Source: a virus
Length of the DNA stretch: 64,000 nt
IMG/VR virus record: IMGVR_UViG_3300037307_000721
Strand: one strand, 5' to 3'
Made by a program: the position numbers and the translations under genes. Shown in pieces: positions 32,724 to 42,710 of this stretch. Position 1 is the stretch's first letter. Each line of letters starts with the position of its first letter. The notes below the pieces were generated by a model that saw only the letters and a program-made list of their open reading frames with translations, did not search any database and was not told the origin of the DNA.

Positions 32724-35657
32724 CTAACGACTCATCACGAAGCCTTCGAGCGACTTCGGATCCGCCAAGGGCTCTTCAGCCCCGCCGTACTCGTGCGAGC
32801 TGACCACGTGGTCGTCGTAGAGGCGAATCAGCGTGATCGCGCTGCCTGTCCAGGAGGCCACGATCAGGTAGCTCGACAGGGCCACGTTGATGCCTTGGAG
32901 ATAGACCACGCGCGGGTCCTGGCCCGCGAGGATCTCGCCTGCCGGTGGCGCGTTGAGTCGGCCGCCACCACCCTTGCCCACGGTGGTGTAGGCGAGCCAC
33001 GAGCGCATGCTCTTGCGCTCGATTCGGTACACGCCTCCAAACTGCTCGGAGCCTGGCAGCGCGCCGGCCACGTAGATCTGGTCCCGAAGGTGTTTCAGGT
33101 CGTAGATCGTGTAGTCGATGGTGGCCCAGGCCGACCTGGGGTTGCTCTTGTCCGCGAGGATGACCCCCTGAAAGTAGTCGCGGAGGTTCCGGAAGACTGT
33201 GCCCTCTCGATCGGTGAAGTAGAACAGGCCGTAGTCGTCGAAGCACACGCAACTGGCGAAGGTGCCCGTTCCACCAACGTCCGGGCCTTCCGGTACCGTT
33301 CGCAGCTGCGGCGCGTTGTTGTAGTAGCGGAACACGTCGGGGGGTGCGCCGAGGCCACCGACGGCGATCATCTGGCCCTTCTCGCCATCCGGTGCCTCGC
33401 CTGCCTTCACGGCGTACTGCGACACGCGATAGTTGCCGGTAGCACCGAGTCTGAATTCAGGACTGATGCCGGACGTGGTGTAGTTGCCCGTCGTGTTGCG
33501 ATGCGTGATGTTGCGCCCGGTCGTCCCCTTCCAGTGGTCGTCAGAGCGAATCAGGTGTACGAAGTTCTGGTCGTTGGCCTTGAAGTTGACGATGCACAGT
33601 CCACCTGGCCCGGCCGCCTCGCGGGACACGACGCACAAGATGCCGTCCTTCATGCTCACGCCGCGGAGCGTGTCGGTCTCACCGCCAACCAGGTTGTAGG
33701 TCGTCGTGCCGCTGAGCAAGAAGCGCATCCAGACTCGGAACTGCGAGGGGAACGAGTCAAGGTCGTAGATCGTGAGCTCGTTCCTGTTGATCATGATGAG
33801 CGAGCGCACGGGGAAGTCCGGGCGCGCGCTCCGGTGCGCGCCGGAGGCCTCCGAGGCCCATGGTGCGAGCGAGCCCTGGTTCACGCCATTGATGTAGTAG
33901 TAGCCGCTTCGAGCATAGCCCGTGAGCAGGCTGGTCGCGGGGTCGGCCCAGTCCTCTCCCGTCGTGTCGTAGAAGAAGCTGTGCCCGGAGAAGTACTCCC
34001 CATTCACATGGACGTGCCCGTCGATGTCGTAGGTGTCGCGACGGAAGTTGACCAGCGCCACCTCGGTGAGCTTGGCGACATCGCGATCCACGTCGCCCCA
34101 GGCGCCCACGCCGTCGAGGTTCCCTGCGCGGCGAATCGTGCCGCCCGCAGCCGGGTCCGCGGCCGGAGTGCCGTCGAGCCAGATATGCGAATACGGAACG
34201 GGGTTCTCGACCTGCTGCGGCAGCCGCGCGCGCGAATGCGCGGCCACGCCGCCCTCATCGGCCCAGCCGTGCTGGCGACCCGACGTGGGGAAGAAGTGTC
34301 GGGCGAGCTGGTCTTGCGCCGTGGCCGGGAACTGGAAGCCGAAGTTGGTGCCCGACCCGCGGTCCGTGTATCCGCCGACGGATGGCTCGACCGCGTTCAG
34401 CGTGGGCTCGGCGCCGGGGCTCGTGTAGTCGTAGGTGATGCCCGTGCGCTCGTCGAGCTCGCCGTAGCCGTAGATCCAGTCCCAAGAGATCGTGTAGGCC
34501 GGGAAGTTGCTGCCCCAGTTCTTGCCGCCGAGGACGACCCTGGTGGGCGTGATGGCCGCCGGGGTGTTGGCGATCTCGAGCCACTGGTTGTTGGCCGCGT
34601 CCCAGACCTCGAAGAAGAAAACGCCGCGGACGCGGTCCCAGACATGTCGCACGCGGCTGCCGATGGGCGAACCACTCGGCCAGGGCAGGTAGCCGAGGTA
34701 GGTCTGCGAACTCGAGTAGACCTTGTAGGCGCGGACGTTGGAGCGGTCCGTTCCGTAGATCCACACCATGTTGTTGTCGGCCGCCCAGAGTCCGAAGATC
34801 CAGTTGTTGTAGCTGGTGTCGAGCGGGTTCCAGTCGTGGAGCTGGCACTCAATCACGACTCGGGTGAAGGCTGAGACGGAGCCGAGGTCGTAGTAGGCCG
34901 CGTGGCAGTGCCGGTATTGCGGCGAACCTCCGACGGATGGCCACCAGTCCGTGTCCGTGCCCATCGGCACGTGGTACCAGAGCACGCCGCCGCCCTCGGC
35001 CTCCTCGGTCCAGGTCCCATTTCCGCCGGGCAGGAAGCTCGGCAGGACTTCATCGTCGAAGGTGTCGTCGATGATCGGCATCCAGTAGTCCTGGATGTCA
35101 AACGTGTAGGTCGTGTCGAGCAGGTTGCCGAGCACGTCCCTGGCGATCACCCTGACGGAGATGGTGTCGAGCCGGGCCCAATTCGAGGTCTTCTGGATGT
35201 TGAAGTGGTGCCCGAGTGGGAGGTCCGAGCGCGTGGAGCCTGGCGCGTTGTAGGGACTCACGAACGAGTCGGTGGCGCCCACGTAGGCGTCGACGCCTTC
35301 GACCTTGATGACCACCGTCGAAAGGTCGATACCGCTCTCATCCACGATGTCGAGGGCGATGACCTTGTTCTTCGTGACACCGATCTGGGACGGCGCTGGG
35401 TCTCGATTCTCCAGGTGCGGCGGGGTGGAGTCCGCCCAGTAGATGAGCGCCTCGCCGAGGAACCAGTCGTAGAGTGGATGCGCCGTCGCCGCAAATCCGG
35501 TCAGCAGACCGGAGCCCACGCCCTCGGAGCCGGCCCACTCGCCTGGATTGTAGTTGACGGGTGCCGCCGCGGCGCCAGAACCGGCTTGCAGACTATCGCC
35601 GTCAGCCCATACACCCGGGCTGTAGTTCGTTGGCGAAGCGGAGACGTTCCAGGCCAT
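32724..35657 (-). CDS. Large tail-associated protein (Ig-like, ConA-like, propeller-like C-terminus)
   Basis: Shares DPAAGG, WA.EA.G..R..R.DFP and WM.F blocks with 29539..32712. Confidence 0.65.
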   Translation of the reverse strand: MAWNVSASPTNYSPGVWADGDSLQAGSGAAAAPVNYNPGEWAGSEGVGSGLLTGFAATAHPLYDWFLGEALIYWADSTPPHLENRDPAPSQIGVTKNKVIALDIVDESGIDLSTVVIKVEGVDAYVGATDSFVSPYNAPGSTRSDLPLGHHFNIQKTSNWARLDTISVRVIARDVLGNLLDTTYTFDIQDYWMPIIDDTFDDEVLPSFLPGGNGTWTEEAEGGGVLWYHVPMGTDTDWWPSVGGSPQYRHCHAAYYDLGSVSAFTRVVIECQLHDWNPLDTSYNNWIFGLWAADNNMVWIYGTDRSNVRAYKVYSSSQTYLGYLPWPSGSPIGSRVRHVWDRVRGVFFFEVWDAANNQWLEIANTPAAITPTRVVLGGKNWGSNFPAYTISWDWIYGYGELDERTGITYDYTSPGAEPTLNAVEPSVGGYTDRGSGTNFGFQFPATAQDQLARHFFPTSGRQHGWADEGGVAAHSRARLPQQVENPVPYSHIWLDGTPAADPAAGGTIRRAGNLDGVGAWGDVDRDVAKLTEVALVNFRRDTYDIDGHVHVNGEYFSGHSFFYDTTGEDWADPATSLLTGYARSGYYYINGVNQGSLAPWASEASGAHRSARPDFPVRSLIMINRNELTIYDLDSFPSQFRVWMRFLLSGTTTYNLVGGETDTLRGVSMKDGILCVVSREAAGPGGLCIVNFKANDQNFVHLIRSDDHWKGTTGRNITHRNTTGNYTTSGISPEFRLGATGNYRVSQYAVKAGEAPDGEKGQMIAVGGLGAPPDVFRYYNNAPQLRTVPEGPDVGGTGTFASCVCFDDYGLFYFTDREGTVFRNLRDYFQGVILADKSNPRSAWATIDYTIYDLKHLRDQIYVAGALPGSEQFGGVYRIERKSMRSWLAYTTVGKGGGGRLNAPPAGEILAGQDPRVVYLQGINVALSSYLIVASWTGSAITLIRLYDDHVVSSHEYGGAEEPLADPKSLEGFVMSR

Positions 35658-35669
35658 CGGTCACCGATC

Positions 35670-36857
35670 CTATGACGGCAGGAATTGCGGGGTGGTTCCG
35701 GTCCACGGGATCACGAACCCGTCGTGGGCCATGAGCTTGTCCTTGGTGCCCGCGTCGTCGATCGTTTGCATCGCGCTGAAGTTGTTTCTGCACTCCTCGA
35801 ACGCCGGATAGGTGCCCAGGACCTCGTACAGGTTGTCGGAGTTGTCGCGATCCACGATGAACTGGGTGCCGGGCTTCAGGTCGTTCTTGCCGGTTCGGGC
35901 GTTCGCCTCGTTGGAAGCCCACTGCGTGAAGCCCTGCGTGGCGTCGGAGTAGCCCCACTCGAGCGGGTAGCACGAGTACGCCCTGCCTCGGCCATCGCGC
36001 CACACGAATCCGTGCCAGTAACCAGCGTTGCCCCCGCGCGTGAAGACCTGCCCGAGAGTTGGCGCATTGCCCAAGCCGGCGAGCACCCAGAGCTCGCTCG
36101 CGGAGTGCGCTGGAGCGGTCTCGTAGGGCACGAGCTTCGCAACGGAGATGGCGCAGTTGTTCGAAGGACTCTGGTTCGTGAAGAACCAGAAGTTGAGCCG
36201 CGTTCCCTCCGTCGTGCCTTCGACATAGAAATAGGTGTTGTTGGCGTACGAGGTCACGTTGTGCCCGAAGCGCTTGTACTCGGGGGTCGGAAGCTGCAAG
36301 ATCTTCCCCGTCGCCGTCCAGTCGGCGTTGAGCGACATCCGGATGCGCAGGTAGCAGTTGGCCTCGAGAAGCACTTCGATCTCCCAGCCATCAGCGTGCG
36401 GAGTGCGCAGACGCCAGTAGTCGCCCAGCGTGTCTGGGACGGAGCCGTCTTCCGGAATCATCCACCAGCTCAGACTGGAAGCGGTGGTAGGGTACTCGGT
36501 GGCCCCGGTTCGGAAGTCGATGGTGACCGTGTTCACGTCCACGTAGGCGATGATCTTGTACCAACCGCTGTTGATCGGATTGGTGAGATCCTTGATCAAC
36601 ACCCACTTGCCGACGTCGCCGCCTGCGAACGCGCCATAGGTCGAGTCGACCAGGTTGAAGTTCGCGTTGCTGAGAGCGCCGTTCGTGCCGGTGGCGGACC
36701 CAGTCGGGTCGTAGGTGCCCGACGTGACGCTTTGGGCGAAGTTGGTGTAGCCGAGGACGTTGTACATCCACCAGCACAGCATCTTCGAGAAGAAGCTCAT
36801 GCCCGAGCGCGGCGACGCGGCCTGCAATCTGACTTCACGCACCCAGTGGGTAGCCAT
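35670..36857 (-). CDS. Tail fibre-like protein
   Basis: Trp/Tyr/Asn-rich; shares architecture with 36867..38069. Confidence 0.6.
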   Translation of the reverse strand: MATHWVREVRLQAASPRSGMSFFSKMLCWWMYNVLGYTNFAQSVTSGTYDPTGSATGTNGALSNANFNLVDSTYGAFAGGDVGKWVLIKDLTNPINSGWYKIIAYVDVNTVTIDFRTGATEYPTTASSLSWWMIPEDGSVPDTLGDYWRLRTPHADGWEIEVLLEANCYLRIRMSLNADWTATGKILQLPTPEYKRFGHNVTSYANNTYFYVEGTTEGTRLNFWFFTNQSPSNNCAISVAKLVPYETAPAHSASELWVLAGLGNAPTLGQVFTRGGNAGYWHGFVWRDGRGRAYSCYPLEWGYSDATQGFTQWASNEANARTGKNDLKPGTQFIVDRDNSDNLYEVLGTYPAFEECRNNFSAMQTIDDAGTKDKLMAHDGFVIPWTGTTPQFLPS

Positions 36858-36866
36858 CGTGTTCTC

Positions 36867-38069
36867 CTATCGGTTGTTCCACTGGACGTGGACCTTGCTG
36901 CCGTTCCAGGGAATGCTGAGACCGCCGTTGAAGTGCAAGTACTCCATCGAGGTCCCGAATGGGATCAGGGCCTGGTAGAAGCCGCTGAGCCGAAGGCTCT
37001 TCGGCACTCCACGCGCCTCCATGTGCCCGGTCGTGCGGCACTGGAGCATGGGCTCGATCCTGTAGACGCCCTTGGACCACTGGCTCCACATGCGATTGCC
37101 GGTGAAGTGGTTCGTGGAGCCCGCGCCATTCGGCACGGTCGCGGGGCCCATGATGTAGGCGGCGACCTCGACGTTGTTGGACCCTCCGTTGTAGGCCATC
37201 ATTCGGCCTCCGGCCGAGATCTGCCCGGAGGAGCCGTAGCCCCAGTTAATCGCGCTGTAGGTGCCATAGCCGTGAATCAGAACGCCGGGGTTGGGGTCCG
37301 TGGTCGTGCCTGCCGTCGGCGTGATGGCCCCGATGTAGGCCATCATGGTTTGCGAGGCGTTGTAGGTGTCCCTGACGAGAACGACGAAGTGATCGTTGTC
37401 CGTCTCGTCACCGAAGGCCCAGACGTTGGCGTAGGCGCCGAATGAGCCGTTGGCACCGAAGACCAGGTTCGTCGTGTTTCGCGTGTCGTTCCAGGCATGC
37501 GAGGTGCTGTTCCAGGTGCCGAACGGTCCCATGGCCAACAGGGGATAGGCGGTGACGCCCGTGCCGCACGTGATCTTGACGTCCATGTTCGGCTCGGCCG
37601 GCGTGTGCAGGTAGGCCGTGCGAATGACGGCCCACGTGTTCGCGGCCGGAACGGTCGTGGAGCTCCAGAGCCGATAGCTCACGCTGGTCTTGCTGGCGGG
37701 GAGCCCGTTCTCGTGCACGCCCCGCAAGATGTCGAGGTAGGCGATCTGCGCGGCGACGTTCACCTTCAGGATGCGATAGATGCCAATCGTCTCCTTCTCC
37801 CCGGCGGACCACCCGGCGTTGCCCAGCATCGTGACGTAGCGGCCCTCATCGGCTGAGGTGAGCGTGTAGACGGCCCCGGAGAAGTCAAGCTCGTTCGGGT
37901 TGGCCGTGGTTGCGATGTCCGCTCCCGAAGCGACGACGCTGCTCCAGTTCGCGTCGTTGTTGTCGTGGAGCGTCCAGCCCAGCACCTGGGTGGCGAACTC
38001 CACGATCCAGCGACTGAACACCAGTCCGCCACTTGCGTCGATCCTCAATCCATTCTGAAAGCGGGCCAT
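36867..38069 (-). CDS. Tail fibre-like protein
   Basis: Paralogous N-terminus (W...VLGWT); C-terminal GF.IPW motif shared with neighbour. Confidence 0.6.
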   Translation of the reverse strand: MARFQNGLRIDASGGLVFSRWIVEFATQVLGWTLHDNNDANWSSVVASGADIATTANPNELDFSGAVYTLTSADEGRYVTMLGNAGWSAGEKETIGIYRILKVNVAAQIAYLDILRGVHENGLPASKTSVSYRLWSSTTVPAANTWAVIRTAYLHTPAEPNMDVKITCGTGVTAYPLLAMGPFGTWNSTSHAWNDTRNTTNLVFGANGSFGAYANVWAFGDETDNDHFVVLVRDTYNASQTMMAYIGAITPTAGTTTDPNPGVLIHGYGTYSAINWGYGSSGQISAGGRMMAYNGGSNNVEVAAYIMGPATVPNGAGSTNHFTGNRMWSQWSKGVYRIEPMLQCRTTGHMEARGVPKSLRLSGFYQALIPFGTSMEYLHFNGGLSIPWNGSKVHVQWNNR

Positions 38070-38079
38070 CGTCTACCTC

Positions 38080-38340
38080 TCAGGCGTAGGTACCGTCGTA
38101 CACGCGCTGCTTGGCGGCGCTCGGCGTCAGGGGCGTCTCGCCGTAGCACTCGTCGTTGGTGAACTGGATCACGGCGACCTCGGAGTCCCGGGAGACGCTC
38201 AAGTCCACACCGCCGGTCTCGGCGTCACCCGTGAGAACGAAGCCGGTGACGGTGTAGCGGTAGCCGGATTCGGGCCACGAGATGGGCAGCCAGTAGTGGA
38301 TGGCCGCCTCGATTGCCACTTGTCTCTCGAGCTCGGTCAT
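38080..38340 (-). CDS. Small hypothetical protein (possible fibre chaperone)
   Basis: 86-aa ORF with GGAG RBS inside the tail operon. Confidence 0.65.
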   Translation of the reverse strand: MTELERQVAIEAAIHYWLPISWPESGYRYTVTGFVLTGDAETGGVDLSVSRDSEVAVIQFTNDECYGETPLTPSAAKQRVYDGTYA

Positions 38341-38343
38341 GGC

Positions 38344-38598
38344 CTACTCCTGCACGAGCTCTTGCGAGCCGTCGCTGAAGATGGCATAGCGCTCGGCGCC
38401 CATCGCGACGTAGCCGAGATGGATCGGCAGCGTGTAGCCCTCCTCCTTCTCGAACACGGCCGAGAACTCCTCCCCTGGCAGGTGCGAGACGTACTCGTCT
38501 CGCATCGCGTTGGCCGCGGCCTCGTCCTCGAAGGGACCCACGAGAGCGCGGTCGAATTGCTCCTCCGGGTCCCGCTTGCGAATGAAGAACCATGGCAT
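38344..38598 (-). CDS. Small hypothetical protein with SPOR-like motif
   Basis: RALVGPFEDEAAANAMRDEY. Confidence 0.55.
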   Translation of the reverse strand: MPWFFIRKRDPEEQFDRALVGPFEDEAAANAMRDEYVSHLPGEEFSAVFEKEEGYTLPIHLGYVAMGAERYAIFSDGSQELVQE

Positions 38599-38614
38599 GG
38601 TCCTGCCTCCGTTC

Positions 38615-39286
38615 CTACACGCTATACAGCGTGAGCGCGTAGTCGATGAGCAGCGCCTGCGTGCTCAGCTTGTTGATGATGATCGGATTGCCAGCCGAGT
38701 CCTTCAGACGTACGCGAGCGCTTCGGCCGAGAACGTCCGAGTACGGCGTGCCGGTGGAATCGCCGTCCATGTTCACCCAGACCGCCGCCGAGTAGATGTT
38801 GCCCACGGCCTGCGAGGGCAGCCACAGCCAACGATTTCGAAAGAAGATGGCCTCGCGACCGTTCGGGTCCTTGGCGCACTGATAGGACTCGATCTGGTCC
38901 TCGACGAAGCGCTTCGAGCCTCCGGACGAGTCCACCGTGTCCGTTACCGCGTGGATGCTGATCGGCCCGTAGCCGGTCCAGCAGGTCGAGGCGTCCTGGT
39001 AGGACGGCTCGCCGCTCGTGCCGCTGCCCGACATGTTGATGAACGCCAGAATGGCGCCAGAGTCGCCGCAGTCCCAGCCTTCAGGCGGACTGCCGCCTCC
39101 GAAGAGGCGGTAGAAGATGTTCGCCACGGCGTTGTCGAAGAGCATGTTGCGACCGTGCCACTCACCGACGAGCGGGTGCTCGGTCAGCAACTGCCTGAGC
39201 TGCCCGTGCTTGCCAGCCGCAACGAATGCCGCATCGGGCAACTTGCCCGTGTCATGCAGGTAGAAGTCAAAGTGTCCGCAGAACAT
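38615..39286 (-). CDS. Tail/baseplate-associated structural protein
   Basis: N- and C-terminal motifs shared with 39296..41329. Confidence 0.6.
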   Translation of the reverse strand: MFCGHFDFYLHDTGKLPDAAFVAAGKHGQLRQLLTEHPLVGEWHGRNMLFDNAVANIFYRLFGGGSPPEGWDCGDSGAILAFINMSGSGTSGEPSYQDASTCWTGYGPISIHAVTDTVDSSGGSKRFVEDQIESYQCAKDPNGREAIFFRNRWLWLPSQAVGNIYSAAVWVNMDGDSTGTPYSDVLGRSARVRLKDSAGNPIIINKLSTQALLIDYALTLYSV

Positions 39287-39295
39287 CGTTGCACC

Positions 39296-41329
39296 TCACA
39301 GAGTGACCGACAGGTCGCCGGAGATGTTGGCGCGGTAGACGACCGCCAAGGCCTCCGTGGGTTCCTTCGCCACCGGCAGTGTGACGCCGGTGTGCGGACC
39401 CTCCGGGAAGTCCGTGGCGAAGTCGGAGCCGCAGTAGTACTGGCTGCCGCCGGTGTTCGGCGGAAAGAGCTTGTCGATGGTGGCCTGGAGCGAGCCCTCG
39501 GATGCGCCTCCGATGAAGGCGTCGGATCGACTGCCGGCCACCGTGCCGCGGATGACCAAGAAGCCGAAGGTCGTGCGGATGGCCTCGAGCTGCCAGCCGC
39601 GCAACACGGGGTTGAGCGCGTTGCAGACGTTGGTCACCGAGAACGGCGCACCGGAGACGTCCGACTGGAAGTAGTAGGTCCGGTAGGCGTGCGCGGTCTT
39701 GCACTTGAGCGCGATCTTGTCCACGTTCTTCGTGAACGTCTGCTCCGGCACGTAGCCCCAGATGTAGAACTCCAGAAGCTGCGCGTACCGCGTGGGGTTG
39801 TATGCGGTCATCGTTCCGATCCGGAAGCCCTTGCAGCTGAAGCTTTGAGTGAAGGTGTACTCGACGCCATAGGAGCCAGCGTTGTAGATGGCCGCGCCCT
39901 GGTCCGCTCCCGAACCGGTGAAGTCGCCGCCCTGACCGGAGGTGAGCCCCACCCAGTCCGGCTCGTAGTCGGGCCGCGGATTGCCGCCGTTCGCGTTCGG
40001 GTCCAGGTAGAAGAACCGGAACTTGTTGGGCGCGTAGTCCATGGGCACGTTGGGCGGCATCACGACGCGAACGCCGCGCACGTCGAAGGCGGTCTGCCAG
40101 CAACGTCCGAGGACGTGCGGCCCGCTGTCGTCGGCGGAAACCCACTTGTCGCCCTGGTCGAGCACGCCGTCGATGTACTGCTGCCGGACGTTGCCGTCGA
40201 ACCCGTTCGAGCCGACGTAGGTGCCGTCGTGCCCGGACTCCTGGTATCCGTCGCCGTAGGTGTTCACGTCCTCGTAGGGCGGAGTCGGCGTGGAATAGGG
40301 GTACTGGTGCAGACCAGTTCCCTCATGCCGATAGGCGCGGTCCGCGATGCCCTGGAAGCTCGGCGGGAATCCGATGATGGAGCGAACGCCCCACTGGGAA
40401 TTCGTCTCGGCATCACCCGCGTCGACGCCCCTGGCCATTCCAATGCCCTTGATCGGGAAGTAGTCGATGGCCTTGGCACTGCCCGAGGTGTTCGGCGCGT
40501 TGTAGACACCGTCGGGGAAGGAGATGTCCATGAAGCTGCGCGGCGTGCTCTCGGCGACGAGGTTCCCGTGCACGGTGGTGTCGAGGCGAACGCGCGTGGC
40601 GTCCCAGACCTGGGCGATGACCCGGTCCTTGTTGTTGGTCGCGTTGAGCGCGTTTCGGATGCGCAGAACCATGCCGATGTCGTCGGAGGTGAAAGAGCCG
40701 TTGGCGAGCTTGACCGAGTTCGGGTAGCTCGGGTCGGACGGCCCGTAGATGATGTCCTGTGCGGGGTCGCCGGTGATGGCGCGAATGAGCGCGACGGCCG
40801 AGGCGTAGAAGGTGTACTCGATCTCGCGATAGGGCGTCGTGCTCGGGTAGACGCTCGAGAGCCACTTGAAGATCCCGGAGGTGTCGCTGAGTGCGCAGCC
40901 GCGACGTCCCTCGTACGGGGTGGCCACATCGGTCGGAATCGCCGAGTTGTAAGCTCCATCGGACTCGTCCCATTCGACACGCGCGTCGCCGAACTTGACC
41001 TGGACCGTGTGATCGGCCACGAGGATGAGCGCTCCGAAGGGGTTGTAGGTCGGGTTCACGATCTCGCTGGGCGCGTAGGTGTTACCCGCGTGCCCGCTGA
41101 GGAGAAGGTGCATGACGCGCCCGAGGCCTCGCTTGAGCCACTTGTTCTTGACCCAGACCTCCTGCACGACCTTCGCCCGGGCGGGATTCACGCGAAGGGC
41201 ACCGTCCGGGCCAACCTCGAACATGTCCTTCCATTCGATCGGCGTGCCAGGCACTCGGCCCTTGGGGTCCAGGCGGATCAAGCCGAAAACGCCGCCGAAG
41301 CCGGTCCCGCCGGTGAGATCTAGTGTCAT
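39296..41329 (-). CDS. Tail-associated protein with discoidin (F5/8 type C-like) domain
   Basis: DKWVS...FDVRGVRVV...PNKFRFFY...W...EYTF...CKGFRI...LLEFYIWG. Confidence 0.6.
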   Translation of the reverse strand: MTLDLTGGTGFGGVFGLIRLDPKGRVPGTPIEWKDMFEVGPDGALRVNPARAKVVQEVWVKNKWLKRGLGRVMHLLLSGHAGNTYAPSEIVNPTYNPFGALILVADHTVQVKFGDARVEWDESDGAYNSAIPTDVATPYEGRRGCALSDTSGIFKWLSSVYPSTTPYREIEYTFYASAVALIRAITGDPAQDIIYGPSDPSYPNSVKLANGSFTSDDIGMVLRIRNALNATNNKDRVIAQVWDATRVRLDTTVHGNLVAESTPRSFMDISFPDGVYNAPNTSGSAKAIDYFPIKGIGMARGVDAGDAETNSQWGVRSIIGFPPSFQGIADRAYRHEGTGLHQYPYSTPTPPYEDVNTYGDGYQESGHDGTYVGSNGFDGNVRQQYIDGVLDQGDKWVSADDSGPHVLGRCWQTAFDVRGVRVVMPPNVPMDYAPNKFRFFYLDPNANGGNPRPDYEPDWVGLTSGQGGDFTGSGADQGAAIYNAGSYGVEYTFTQSFSCKGFRIGTMTAYNPTRYAQLLEFYIWGYVPEQTFTKNVDKIALKCKTAHAYRTYYFQSDVSGAPFSVTNVCNALNPVLRGWQLEAIRTTFGFLVIRGTVAGSRSDAFIGGASEGSLQATIDKLFPPNTGGSQYYCGSDFATDFPEGPHTGVTLPVAKEPTEALAVVYRANISGDLSVTL

Positions 41330-41401
41330 CTTCCAACTCCGCTCCAGCTAGTTTCTCTCGCGCCGCCGCCCGCTGGCTTGGACGACGGCGCCGATCTTAT
41401 C

Positions 41402-42703
41402 TCAGGTCAGCGCTGACACCAAGCTGATCGCGAACTTGACGCGATGCACCCCTGACAGCTTGGAGACGTTGACCGCGATGTCATTCGTCAACAATTTCTT
41501 ACCGTTATCCGGCGTGTGCGAGTAGCACAGGGTCGTGTCGATCCGTACTTCGGCCTTCCAGAGCGCTCCCACGATGAAGGCGTCGAACCCCGGGCCCTCC
41601 GAGGCGACGCCGTACTTCAAGATGGCGGTGTTTGAGTCCTGCACGCTCGTGATGAAGTTCACGAAGTTGTTGATCGGGTTCGTCGCTCCGGCGATGCGCA
41701 GGGGGAGGCCCGCGTCCGCCTCCGTGAAGTTTCCATCCGGAGCGATGATCGCCGACAGGTCGTCGCCGCCGTAGGCCACCCTCGGGTCGTACAGGCCGTC
41801 CTTCTTGCTGGAGAGCAGGAAGGGCCCAGTCTCGTCCGCGAGCGGGCCCGGTTCGAGCTCCGCGTCCTGCGGGCCGAACAGGGCCTTGATGTACGGGTAG
41901 CCGTTGTTGATGCTGGCCGAGCCGGTGATCTTGAGCTGGCGTCCGATGTCGGGGGCCGTGAAGTTGCCGTTCACCAGGTGCACGCGCTTCGTGCTGACCG
42001 TGAGCGTGTCCGCGGCGTCGCCGGCGATCTCTCGGACGATAGGGCCGAGAGGGAACCTGAGCGACCTGGTGAACGTGCCACCGATGACTCGTAGGGCCGC
42101 ATAGCGCCCCTTGTCGGACGGTGGAGGCTGGGCACCCCAGAGCTTCAGGTTGTCGCGAGGTGCACTCCCCACGACCGTCGTCGTGGCGTTGGTGAGCTTC
42201 GGGTTGAGCAGCGCGGAAAGCTCGTCCGCGTCGTAGAAGCCGGCGTCGCCGGGCATGAACGTGATGGTCACCGGGGCATCCCAGGACCACACGCCTCCGG
42301 AGTAGACCGTCATCTGATACCTGAGCGTGTCGCCGGAGTAGATCCGATACGGCGGGTAGCTCTCGCACACGAGCGCCGGGTAGTTGCGCGTGGCGCCCGT
42401 GTCGGCGCGGGGCAGAACCTCCTGGAACTTGAGGGAGGCGTTGGCGGGCAGTCCGGACACACGCCTTGCCACGGGCATGCCCGATGGCTGCCACAGGCCG
42501 GCCGCGATGCGCACCATGTAGATGTCGGTCAGGTCGACGTCCTGATAGACTTCCACCCGGTCGCCGGTCCGCACGTTGTGGATCTCGGCGCCCTCCGAGC
42601 CCAGGACGTAGACGTGTCGCTCGTCCTGGGGCGGGTACTCGGTGGGCGCAAGCCGGCCCTCCGTGACCCCGTAGCGGTAGATGAATGGGTTGAAGTCGGT
42701 CAT
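41402..42703 (-). CDS. Tail-associated structural protein
   Basis: Start ATG 42703 (MTDFNPF) with RBS; two copies of the shared F.xxD.G module. Confidence 0.7.
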   Translation of the reverse strand: MTDFNPFIYRYGVTEGRLAPTEYPPQDERHVYVLGSEGAEIHNVRTGDRVEVYQDVDLTDIYMVRIAAGLWQPSGMPVARRVSGLPANASLKFQEVLPRADTGATRNYPALVCESYPPYRIYSGDTLRYQMTVYSGGVWSWDAPVTITFMPGDAGFYDADELSALLNPKLTNATTTVVGSAPRDNLKLWGAQPPPSDKGRYAALRVIGGTFTRSLRFPLGPIVREIAGDAADTLTVSTKRVHLVNGNFTAPDIGRQLKITGSASINNGYPYIKALFGPQDAELEPGPLADETGPFLLSSKKDGLYDPRVAYGGDDLSAIIAPDGNFTEADAGLPLRIAGATNPINNFVNFITSVQDSNTAILKYGVASEGPGFDAFIVGALWKAEVRIDTTLCYSHTPDNGKKLLTNDIAVNVSKLSGVHRVKFAISLVSALT

Positions 42704-42710
42704 CGTCCTC

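Noticed and set aside
17913-38631. Shared 11-mer GCTATACAGCG at 17913 and 38621
   Set aside because: Only two copies, one inside a coding 3' end; probably coincidence
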